Shown piece by piece: positions 22,383-31,800 of a stretch of 49,219 nucleotides of DNA (positions are counted from its first letter, which is position 1; each line of letters begins with the position of its first letter). The position numbers were made by a program, and so were the translations under genes. Under the pieces are notes generated by a model that saw nothing but the letters and a program-made list of their open reading frames with translations, was not told the origin of the DNA and did not search any database. Location: assembly GCA_046497565.1 (NCBI GenBank), contig JAWOFK010000051.1:1-49219 (forward strand). Reading direction: 5' to 3'. The stretch is from Dehalococcoidia bacterium. Lineage in GTDB: Bacteria > Chloroflexota > Dehalococcoidia > GIF9 > AB-539-J10.

Positions 22383-24683
22383 CTAGGTGGGGGCATAAGC
22401 ACTGCGCAGTATTTCAGAGGGAGTAGTAATGCCTTCCTTAACCTTGCGCATGCCATCGTTCATCATGGTTATCATGCCGTCTTCGATGGCCCGGGCCCGG
22501 ATAGCGGTGCTGCTGTCACGGTTGACGACCATCGCTCCTATGGCATCGTTGACAGTTAGAATCTCAAATATTCCCGTCCGGCCCAGGTAACCGGTATGAG
22601 CACAGGCCTTGCAGCCGGTACCGTAGAGGAACCTGGTCTGGTGCTCTCCCATCTCTTTTTCATATGCCATCTGCTCCACCACGGGAGCTTCCACCAGCCG
22701 GCTACAGTCGGGGCAAATGCGGCGGACCATCCTTTGAGCGATGACTCCGATGACCGAGGAAGCTATCAAGAAGGGCTCCACCTTCAGGTCCAGGAGCCGG
22801 GAGAGAACACCGCCGACCTCATTGGCGTGTACGGAAGATAGCATGAGGTGCCCGGTTAAGGCGGCCTGGGTGGCTATGTTGGCCGTCTCGGCATCCCGTA
22901 TCTCGCCCACCAGTATCACGTCCGGGTCGAGACGGAGTATAGACCGCAGGCCGCTGGCAAAGGTGATGCCGGCCTGGGGGTTAATCTGAATCTGGTTGAT
23001 ATCCTTAAACCGGTACTCGGCAGGGTCCTCGATGGTGATGATGTTCCTGCTCAGGGTATCAAGGGAATTGATTGCGGCATACATGGTAGTAGTCTTGCCG
23101 GCACCGGTAGGACCGCTGACCAGAATCATGCCATAGGGAATCTTGAGCATGCTTTCAAACTTGGCCAGACTGTCCGGCAACAGACCCAGCTCGGCCAAGC
23201 CCAGGGTAGCCATTGTCTTATCGAGAAGCCGCAGGGTTGCTCTCTCGCCGTTGACAGTGGGCGCGGTGGCCACTCTGACATCTATTTCTCGCCCTTTGGC
23301 ATGGGCAGAGAACTGTCCATCTTGAGGACGAAAGTGGTCGGCGATATTCATGCCACCGAGGATCTTGACGCGTGAGATTAGCGCCCGGTGGGTACTCAGG
23401 GGTATGGACATCATATCCTGCAAGCTGCCGTCTATGCGGTAGCGTACTCTGACCCGGTCTTCCTGAGGCTCAATATGAATATCGGAGGCGCGCGCCTTCA
23501 CCGCCTCCTCCACTATCATGTTGAGGGCCTGAACCAGGGGGGCATCGGTGATGGCACTGACGGCCAGCTTCTCGTCGGTTGCTTCGACGGGGACGGAAAT
23601 GCGAGAAATCTGCTGCTCGATTTCGCCGTAGGCCTTGTAGTTGAAGTCAATGGCATCCCTGACATCCTGGGCACTGGCGGCAATGGGCTTAATCCTCATG
23701 CGGCTGTGGGCGGCGAAAGCCTCCAGAGCAAATATGTCGCTGGGGTCTGCCATGGCCACTTCCAGCGTGCGATTGGATATGGTCAGGGGTATGGCATTGT
23801 ACCTCCTGGCCACCACCTCAGGAATCAACTGCAATGCTTCAGGCTGGGGTCTCTGCCTCAGTAGCTTACTCTGTGAGTCTACCTTAACCAGCTTGCTGTC
23901 AACTCGGGCAGGCTTGTCACCAGTCCCGGGTGCAGAAACCTGTTCTTGTTGACCCGGTTCAAAGACCCTTATCCCCTGGTGCTGGGCAAATTGCCTGGCC
24001 TCAACGCTGATGTTCGGCGATACCACGATGACCTTGCCGTCCACTTCGGCATCGTAGGCCTTAGTATCGAATAAGGTTACCTGCTCCAGGCTCACTTCAT
24101 TGTCGGCCCTGAGAAAATCTATGCCCAGAACATGAGCAACCTGACCGGTATTTGTATAGGCCACCACATCAAAGGTGTATTCCACCCCGGACTTACCTTT
24201 GACTTTGTGATTCTTCTCCACCACGTAACCCCGGTTGGCCAGAGATTGGACCAGTTCGTCCTTGGTCTCGAACCTGATCGGCTCACGGGGCCCGGACACC
24301 TGCGCAGGCTTGGATGCCAACAACTTCTCAGCCAGCTCGCCATCAATGACTTTTATGCGCTGCTTGCGCGCCAGTTGCTTAGCCTGTTGACTCAATGCAG
24401 GGACAGCAACCAGAACTCTATCAATTATGCCGCAATCGTAAGCTTTGTTGGCAAAGTGGAAGATCGTCTCCGCTTCTGTTTCCTTGCGACCGCCACCGGT
24501 AACGCAGACGGCCATCATGTAGTTGGTAAAACCATCGTCCAGGCGAGCCAGCATATCAAAGATATGGGTAACGCCCGACTTACCGACGAGCTCAGTCTCT
24601 TCGGTCACCTCATATCCCCGTGCCTCCAGGTATTCCCTGAAGCGGGCCTTGAGGTTTGGACCGGTTTTTGTCTGCTGTACCAT
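22383..24683 (-). CDS. pilB: Type IV pilus assembly ATPase PilB (GspE family) with extended N-terminus
   Basis: 766 aa from the ATG at 24683 (AGGAG 8 nt upstream; the track ORF extends to a TTG at 24833). Contains a GSPII_E_N-like region, Walker A GPTGAGKTTT, Walker B ILVGEIRD, and tetracysteine CPDC...CKAC. The N-terminal ~260 aa hold two tandem ~105-aa repeats. Confidence 0.9.
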   Translation of the reverse strand: MVQQTKTGPNLKARFREYLEARGYEVTEETELVGKSGVTHIFDMLARLDDGFTNYMMAVCVTGGGRKETEAETIFHFANKAYDCGIIDRVLVAVPALSQQAKQLARKQRIKVIDGELAEKLLASKPAQVSGPREPIRFETKDELVQSLANRGYVVEKNHKVKGKSGVEYTFDVVAYTNTGQVAHVLGIDFLRADNEVSLEQVTLFDTKAYDAEVDGKVIVVSPNISVEARQFAQHQGIRVFEPGQQEQVSAPGTGDKPARVDSKLVKVDSQSKLLRQRPQPEALQLIPEVVARRYNAIPLTISNRTLEVAMADPSDIFALEAFAAHSRMRIKPIAASAQDVRDAIDFNYKAYGEIEQQISRISVPVEATDEKLAVSAITDAPLVQALNMIVEEAVKARASDIHIEPQEDRVRVRYRIDGSLQDMMSIPLSTHRALISRVKILGGMNIADHFRPQDGQFSAHAKGREIDVRVATAPTVNGERATLRLLDKTMATLGLAELGLLPDSLAKFESMLKIPYGMILVSGPTGAGKTTTMYAAINSLDTLSRNIITIEDPAEYRFKDINQIQINPQAGITFASGLRSILRLDPDVILVGEIRDAETANIATQAALTGHLMLSSVHANEVGGVLSRLLDLKVEPFLIASSVIGVIAQRMVRRICPDCSRLVEAPVVEQMAYEKEMGEHQTRFLYGTGCKACAHTGYLGRTGIFEILTVNDAIGAMVVNRDSSTAIRARAIEDGMITMMNDGMRKVKEGITTPSEILRSAYAPT

Positions 24684-24965
24684 AGCGGCAACTCCTGTTG
24701 AATCATACAAAGTGTAATTCTCCACCCCCCTAATGTCAAGGCTGTCAACAATGTCGCTCTTCACCGGGTCACCTGTCGTCATGTCACGTCTCAATGACAG
24801 AGGCGGCAGTGAAAAGCGAGAGTCCAGGCACAAAGCGCCGACTTATACCTGCCTGCCTTGAGCATTTCTTCTGGTCGACCGTTCATCTCCTGATTGTTGT
24901 TCCTGCTCACATTACAAACCACGGCCACCCAACAGGCCGGGCGATTACACCTCTCAATATAGTGC

Positions 24966-25030
24966 CATCCACCTTTGCTGTCAATAGGCCGTCCGTACTG
25001 GCAATGGAGTCATGGTCTGGAAGATCCGAT
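24966..25030 (-). promoter_or_regulatory. Putative pilB promoter with upstream conserved box
   Basis: - strand: CAGACCATGACTCCA-TTGC-CAGTAC ... GGCCTA-TTGACA-N17-TATATT. GGCCTATTGACAG is shared with the pilO promoter, and the 15-mer box is shared with the response-regulator leader. Confidence 0.5.
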
Positions 25031-25160
25031 CGGTTAATTGCGTGCTGGTATCCCGGAAATAAGCGCAGTCCGAGTAGTCGAAGGATGCAAGTGAGACGAC
25101 CTGCCTCCTGCTCACCTGCGCCGGAGGGTGCCCTGAGAATTTGTGAAGATGGATGGGCTT

Positions 25161-25856
25161 CTAGCCTTGCTCCGGGCCGGAATCATGTTTCTCTTCCGGC
25201 GTAATCCAGCCACTGCGCAGGGCCAGAGCAACAGCGTGGGCCCTGTCGTTGGCATTGAGCTTGCGAAGGATGGCGCTGACGTGGTTCTTGATTGTTTGCT
25301 CGCTGATTTCCAGAATATAGGCGATTTCTTTATTTGAGTTGCCTTCGGCAATATAGGTTAAAATCTGCGTTTCTCTGTTGGTGAGGGGAGCGACTATGCC
25401 TCCCATCGTTCTCCTCAGACCTCGAAACTGGTTCAACACATGCTTGGCGACCAGGGGTCTGGTCATCAGGCTTTCATTTATGGGATATTCACCGGCGCGG
25501 GCCCGCCTGATAGTGCCGGCCAGTTCATCAGTGCTGGATTTCTTATTCAAGCAGGCTACGGCTGCCGTCTTAATAACCTCAAAAAGCTCCGTATCATCGG
25601 GGTCGGGACTCAGCACTATTACCTTGGTATTCGGGTAGTGTTGTGCAATCTTTCTACCCAGATCAATCCCGCTGAGACTGGCCAGGTCGGAGCCCAGCAG
25701 AACAACATCGGGGAGACTGGCTTCAATTACCTCGAATGTATCCTGGGTCGGGTCGCATTCCAATACCTCCATGTCGGGTTGTGCAGACAGCGCCTGTCGC
25801 ACCCCCGTTCGGAAAAACTCCTGCTCATCGATTACCATCACCTTGATTTTATCCAA
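25161..25856 (-). CDS. LuxR/NarL-family response regulator (REC + HTH_LuxR)
   Basis: 231 aa, TTG start after GGAGGTGG; REC-like N-terminus; C-terminal LTNRETQILTYIAEGNSNKEIAYILEISEQTIKNHVSAILRKL. Confidence 0.85.
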   Translation of the reverse strand: MDKIKVMVIDEQEFFRTGVRQALSAQPDMEVLECDPTQDTFEVIEASLPDVVLLGSDLASLSGIDLGRKIAQHYPNTKVIVLSPDPDDTELFEVIKTAAVACLNKKSSTDELAGTIRRARAGEYPINESLMTRPLVAKHVLNQFRGLRRTMGGIVAPLTNRETQILTYIAEGNSNKEIAYILEISEQTIKNHVSAILRKLNANDRAHAVALALRSGWITPEEKHDSGPEQG

Positions 25857-25928
25857 TAGCCACCTCCTGGTTAAGCTGTTTGTACTGTGGAGTCATGGTC
25901 TGCTCCATCGGGAATCAGTCTTATGTTC

Positions 25929-25957
25929 ATATTATATCACCCTTCCCACACTGTCAA
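25929..25957 (-). promoter_or_regulatory. Putative promoter of the response-regulator gene
   Basis: - strand TTGACA-N17-TAATAT; back-to-back with the divergent promoter at 25973. Confidence 0.5.
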
Positions 25958-25972
25958 GCATTTTCAGGGGGG

Positions 25973-26003
25973 TTGACAAATCGTGCGGTTGCAGTAGTAT
26001 AAT
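25973..26003 (+). promoter_or_regulatory. Putative promoter of the wHTH gene
   Basis: TTGACA (25973-25978) followed by TAGTATAAT: spacer 16 to TAGTAT or 19 to TATAAT. Confidence 0.45.
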
Positions 26004-26042
26004 GGTACTAGGTCAGAAGTAATAGAAAAGCGTGGTGGCAAG

Positions 26043-26318
26043 ATGAACCGGCGCAGGTCTAATATAGAGATAATAGCTGATATGCTGAGGGTGGGGGAGA
26101 ATGGCGCTGGCAAGACGGAGATTATGTACAGCGCCAATATGAGTTATGCCCAGATACAGAAGTATCTGGGTTTTCTGATTAGTCACGGGTTTATCAACAA
26201 AGTGCATGTGGGAAATCCCTCGGTCAGCTACCGGGTAACGGAGAAGGGGGGAGAACTGCTCAGAAATATAGACGGCATAATGGAAGTGCTCGAGTTCCAG
26301 AACGGCAATGGGGCTTGA
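26043..26318 (+). CDS. Winged-helix DNA-binding protein (HTH_45-like)
   Basis: 91 aa; RRSNIEIIADMLRV..NGAGKTEIMYSANMSYAQIQKYLGFLISHGFI...YRVTEKGGELL matches the small archaeal-type wHTH family as I recall it. Confidence 0.7.
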   Translation: MNRRRSNIEIIADMLRVGENGAGKTEIMYSANMSYAQIQKYLGFLISHGFINKVHVGNPSVSYRVTEKGGELLRNIDGIMEVLEFQNGNGA

Positions 26319-26424
26319 GGCCCGAATGGAATGCTGTGCAGTTATACCGGGGTGCCTTGAGGTGGAGCGAGGTCACCCCTGTTTAATATCCGGGTAAAGG
26401 AGCATTTTATGATAGGAGAGGCAC

Positions 26425-26745
26425 ATGTCTGAAAGAAGAATGCTAATAGTCGATGCTGAACTGGTGAAGAGGATAGATGACAATCGGGGCGATATGAGCC
26501 GGCCTGACTTCATCAACTTTCTGATTGACAGTCAGTTGAAAGAAGAAAGCAAAAAGCCGGGCGGCGTAACCCGAGAAGAATTTCACCAGTTTCAGGAAGG
26601 AACCAAAGAGCTACTGCGCAACTTCCTGGAATTCTTTATCAGCTACGGGTTGGAGCTAGGCAAGCAGCCGGCCGACAACGAATTCGAGGAACTGTCCCGG
26701 AAACTGCAAAGTCTGGGTGGCTCTGTAAAGACCAAGAGTTCCTGA
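26425..26745 (+). CDS. Hypothetical protein with ribbon-helix-helix-like N-terminus
   Basis: 106 aa; RBS AGGAGAGG upstream; RMLIVDAELVKRIDDNRGDMSRPDFINFLIDSQL has the beta-strand/helix/helix pattern of RHH proteins. Confidence 0.55.
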   Translation: MSERRMLIVDAELVKRIDDNRGDMSRPDFINFLIDSQLKEESKKPGGVTREEFHQFQEGTKELLRNFLEFFISYGLELGKQPADNEFEELSRKLQSLGGSVKTKSS

Positions 26746-26933
26746 CCCCTCTTATCTGCATTCCCTCGTCGATCACATCTTTCACAGCTTCAAATAGAAC
26801 TATCTTCTAGAACATAATCTCTTCCCAAGCTATCCCCGCCTTGTCATACTGTCTCGTACAGAGTCACGTTCTGTATTGTCGTTGCGGCAAGTTACACCTT
26901 CGGGCAATGACAAGCAGGAACGGAGGTGCAGTT

Positions 26934-28607
26934 ATGACAAGGCCGATCGATTTAATGCGAGAGGGGAGGAAAGAAGAGCTATGGCAGATGTGCTGCGGCT
27001 TTCTCGACCTCAGCCTGGAGCAGTTTATGACGATTCAGACGAGATTGCTCGAGGAGCAGATTGAGCTACTGAAACGGTGTGAGATGGGGAGGAGGGTGAT
27101 GGGGGGTGCCATGCCCGAGACAGTGGAAGAGTTCCGGGAGCAGGTACCTTTGACAACTTATTCCGATTACTTACCGGAGCTTGTGGAAAGGCGAGAGGAT
27201 GTATTACCGATGAAGCCTGTCATATGGGCGCACACTCCCGGAAGGGCTGGTGAGTACACCATTAAACTGGTGCCCATATCGGAGAGGTTGTTATGCGAAT
27301 ATGAGCGGGTGGCCGGTGGCGTTGGGTTGCTGGCCTCCTGCAATTCTCAAGGCGATTTCCTGGCGAAACAGCATTTGAGAACCTTAGCTCCTGCAGGGTC
27401 TCGGTACTATGGATCGGGCATTGTGGGACATATGGCCCAGCAAGCACTCGGGTGCGAGCTCCTGCCTGGCAATACAAACAACCATATGACGTATGATGAG
27501 AGGCTAAAAGCCGGTTTTGAGGAGGCTTTGTCCGGTGGGCTTGATGCGCTTGGCGGCTTAACCTCGATTCTAGCTTATCTGGGCGAGGCATTCAGGCAAG
27601 GGATAATAAGTGTAGACACTCGTTTTCTGCTATCTCACCCCACGGCGTTTGCTCGTCTGACAAGAGGATTAATCAAGAGCAAGCTGGCTCGTCGTCCCAT
27701 GTTGCCCAAAGACCTGTGGTCGATTAAGGTAGCCCTGGGAGGTGGCACCGATAGCGGTTTCTTTGAGAAAAGGGTAGAAGAATTGTGGGGGAGGCGTCCT
27801 CTGGAACTCTATACCGGGATTGATGGTGGTATTTATGCCACCCAGACCTGGGACTACGAAAACCTGACCTTTATTCCCGACCTCAATTTCTTTGAGTTCA
27901 TCCCTGAGTGGGAGTGGTTCAAGTGGCGATTAGACAGTTCCTACCAGCCTAAGACCATCTTGCTGGATGAGGTAAAGGCAGGCGAGAATTACGAGATAGT
28001 CATCACAAATCTCCATGGTGGCATACTGACCAGGTATAGAATTGGCGATACAATCAGTATCACTTCACTCCGAAATGAAAAGCTAGGTATTGATATTCCA
28101 CAGATGGCGTTCCATGGCAGGGCCGACGATCTCATTGATATTTCTGGTTTTGGGCGACTGACGGAGAGGATAATCTGGGAAGCGATTGAAAACACTGGGA
28201 TTCCGTACATAGATTGGACAGCGCGCAAGGAAACAGCCAGCGACCGGGTGGCACTCCATATCTATGTAGAACTCCGGGATAACTACATTGCCAGTGAGCA
28301 AAGTATAGCAGCGGCAATACATGATCAGCTGAAAAGATTGAGTAGCAGGTATCACTATAACGTTTATAAGGTTTTCGGCGACATGCCAAGCGCGCTTAGA
28401 TTAACGAAACCCGTGGAGGTTACTTTGCTTCCCCAGGGTGCCTTCTCCCATTATACCTCCGAGCGGCGAGCTGATGGTGTCGATATAGGTCAGGTGCGCC
28501 CACCCCATACCAATCCCTCTGATGAAGTACTTGCTTCGCTGCAAACTCCCAAGGTTGTGGTGGCGGCTGCGCCTGCAACTAGGAGCGAACGGTTGGCTCC
28601 TCGATGA
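26934..28607 (+). CDS. GH3-family (auxin-responsive-promoter-type) adenylate-forming enzyme
   Basis: 557 aa from the ATG at 26934 (GGAGGTG upstream; the track ORF starts at 26841); ...FREQVPLTTYSDYLPELVER... and overall length are typical of bacterial GH3 proteins. Confidence 0.7.
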   Translation: MTRPIDLMREGRKEELWQMCCGFLDLSLEQFMTIQTRLLEEQIELLKRCEMGRRVMGGAMPETVEEFREQVPLTTYSDYLPELVERREDVLPMKPVIWAHTPGRAGEYTIKLVPISERLLCEYERVAGGVGLLASCNSQGDFLAKQHLRTLAPAGSRYYGSGIVGHMAQQALGCELLPGNTNNHMTYDERLKAGFEEALSGGLDALGGLTSILAYLGEAFRQGIISVDTRFLLSHPTAFARLTRGLIKSKLARRPMLPKDLWSIKVALGGGTDSGFFEKRVEELWGRRPLELYTGIDGGIYATQTWDYENLTFIPDLNFFEFIPEWEWFKWRLDSSYQPKTILLDEVKAGENYEIVITNLHGGILTRYRIGDTISITSLRNEKLGIDIPQMAFHGRADDLIDISGFGRLTERIIWEAIENTGIPYIDWTARKETASDRVALHIYVELRDNYIASEQSIAAAIHDQLKRLSSRYHYNVYKVFGDMPSALRLTKPVEVTLLPQGAFSHYTSERRADGVDIGQVRPPHTNPSDEVLASLQTPKVVVAAAPATRSERLAPR

Positions 28608-28888
28608 CACGACCATAGTGTGGAGAGAAGCTGGCTGCCTGGTCAGGCAATGAGGGCCGGGGTACGGCTTCGCCCCTTTCGTTTATCAATTCCAGTAGTT
28701 CCAGTGTTCTTCGCTGGCAGCTCACAACTCGGGTGTCTAGGAACTCAGCAGGACCCTTCAGCCCTGTCATGCGTGACTTTGAGGAGTCGCACTACAGAGT
28801 TCGAATCGGTACTTCTGGCGGGTTACCATAGTCCTTCTTGACAACGTGCAGATTTATATCAATAATAGCCTTATCCTAGGAAGGTGAT

Positions 28889-31800
28889 ATGATGACTGCC
28901 GATGCCTTAATTCCCTTAATCGCCACCGTCGCATATATTCCCTTATTCGTCATTCTGCTGTCCAATCGGCCATGGCAACAAAAGCAAAGGCTTTTCTTGC
29001 TATTTCTTATCCCGACCATGTTGTGGAGCTTTGGCACGTTCCTGTTCCGCAGTGATTTATTCATACCATATAAACTGCTTACGGCCAGAGTTGCCCTCTG
29101 TATTCTTTTCTGGATGCTGGTTCAGCTTCATTATTTTCTCTTACCCTTCTACCAATCTAAGCGTGTCAAGATACCGTTGGCTTATGTTTTCCCAATAAGC
29201 ACCATTGTGCTGGCAGCATTGGGCCTGATGCCGGAGAGGATTGAACCCACTATCAACTACGGTATCTGGATCGTTGCTGTAGGTCTGCTTTTTCTTTTCA
29301 CAGTAGGCGCAAGAGATATGTTTTGTTTGCTGCGAAGGCACAAGATTTCGACTGATCCAGCAGAGCGTAATCAGATTACCTATCTATTTGTTGCTATCTG
29401 CATCCTGGCGATTTTTCTTCTGGTCGATCTTCTTCCCCGGTCAACTGCATATCCTCTCGCGCATGTAGGCAACTTACTGATGGCCTGCACCCTGACGTAC
29501 GCTGTTGTGACCCATCATCTGCTGGATATGAGCGTCATATTTCGTCGCGCTCTGACGTATGTTGGTATGTATGGCCTGGGCGTTGCCATAATCTTACTGG
29601 TTTTTTTCCTGGCCCGTCTGCTCTTTGGTTTCAGGGCGCACTTCGCCAGTTTAGCACTAGCCCTCACCCTGGCAATTCCGGTGAGCATATTCCTGCTTCA
29701 AAAGGTGCATGATCCATGGCGAAACAGGGTGGAGACGGCTTTTGTCGGGGCCAGACACCATTACCGGCGACGGCTAACTGAGTTTGTCACCCAGATACAC
29801 AGTGTTCCCAGCATAGAACAGCTTGGTGAGGAATTCATAAACCTGCTTTCTCAATCTATCGATTGTCGGAGGGCTTGTTTGCTTCTGCCTCAAGCTGAAG
29901 ACGGGGCTTTTGCCACCCGATTTTACTATCCTCCCGTAGAAGATAATCCCGTTAGGGGATTGAACATAAGGGCGGATAGCCCTATTACGGCCTGGTTGAA
30001 GCGCGAAAAAGCCATCCTGCCGGACAGGAATATCAGCATCTATCCTGAATTCAGAGCTATGTGGCAGGAGGAAAGAGAAGAGATTCGATTAGCGGGGGTG
30101 AAGGTATTCGTGCCCTTGATAAACGTGGAGGAGCTCGTGGGTATTCTGGCAATAGGTGAGAGGCGAGACGGGAAACCCTACACCGTTGAGGAGTTTGACC
30201 TGCTGAATTCCATCGCCGCCCAAGTGGCAGCGAGCATGGAAAAGGAATACATCTATGAGCAGTTGCAAGAACAGGGCAAGGAAATGACCTTTATTAACCG
30301 TTTGACTACAATCGTGACCTCCAGTGTGAGCATCGAGACCATATTTGAAGGTTTCGTCCAGGAACTCAAGAGGATGGTGGATTTTGACTGGATAACCATT
30401 GCCTTGATTGATGGAAACGAGCTGTATTTTTTGGCTCTATCCACCACCGCAGGTTCTCCCTGGCAAGCGAATGAGAGGATACCGCTGGAAGGTACGGGGA
30501 CAGAGTGGGTGTGCCGGGAGGGGAAGAGCATGTACGAAGCTGACCTGTCGCAATATCAGAGATTCTGGACCGGGGAGCAGCACCTGGAGCAAGGGATTCG
30601 CTCTATTGTTTACCTGCCCTTGACTGTCAAAGACCAGAGTATCGGCAGTTTGATTGTGGCCAGTCGCCATTTGGGTGCTTTCACTGCCAGGCAAATCAAA
30701 CTCCTGGAGCAGGTGGCCCGGCAGATTGCCACCCCTGTTGAGAATTCCCAGCTTTATGCGCGGGCGGAACAGAGGTCTCGTATCGATGAGCTTACCGGGC
30801 TGTTCAACCGGCGCCATTTCGAAGAGCGGCTCAAAGAAGAGACTGGCCGACACGCCCGCTATGGCGATGTATTTTCCATTTTCCTGCTTGACCTCGATAA
30901 TTTCAAGACCTATAACGACATATACGGGCATCCTTCCGGAGATGCTCTCCTGCATCAGATAGGGAGGATTATCAAGGGCTCGGTCAGGAATGCTGACCAG
31001 GCCTTTCGCTATGGCGGCGACGAATTCATTGTCATTCTACCCCACACTTCTACGGATGATGCCCGCGTCGTAGCTGAGCGCGTTCGGGAGGAGATTGCTG
31101 AGGAGATGGAGAGGAAGGGAAGTGCTGTGACTTGTAGCATTGGTCTGGCCGGTTATCCTTCAGATGGGGTGATATCAGGGGAGCTTGTTACCGTGGCTGA
31201 CACTGCTCTTTATTTTGCCAAGCGGACCGGAGGTAACCGGGTCTATCTGTCATCCAAGATTCTAGCGGAGCCCCTGGAGAATGCTGGAGTTTATGCCAGG
31301 CGTAATGGTTTGAGTGCCGTTTATGCCCTTGTGTCAACAGTGGAAGCCAGAGACCCCTACACCTACGGTCATTCCAGGAAAGTCAACACTTATGCCGTAG
31401 CTTTAGCCGAGGCGATTGGACTGTCTCCTGACCAGGTATCCAGGGTGAGCACTGCTGCCTTGCTGCACGACATCGGCAAAATCGGCATTCCCGACAAAGT
31501 GCTCAACAAGAAAGGGAAGCTCAGCAAAGAAGATTGGGAGTTGATCAAGTCTCACCCCAGACTGGGAGCAAACATCGTCAGTAACATACCCGAGCTGGTT
31601 CCCTGTGTAAGTAGCATTTTGTACCACCATGAGCGATGGGATGGTGATGGCTATCCCGAAGGACTGAAAGGCGAAGAGATTTCCATAGAAGCCCGCATCC
31701 TCAACATTGCCGATAGCTTCGAGGCTATGAGTGCTGCCCGTCCTTACCGTCCCGCCTTGTGCAGTGACAAGGTGCTGAAAGAACTCCGACGATGTGCCGG

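Noticed and set aside
28579-28770. 63-aa - strand ORF between the GH3 and GGDEF genes
   Set aside because: It has no RBS, overlaps the GH3 3' end and has no recognisable motif. The spacer more likely holds the promoter of the GGDEF/HD-GYP gene (TTGACA at about 28839).
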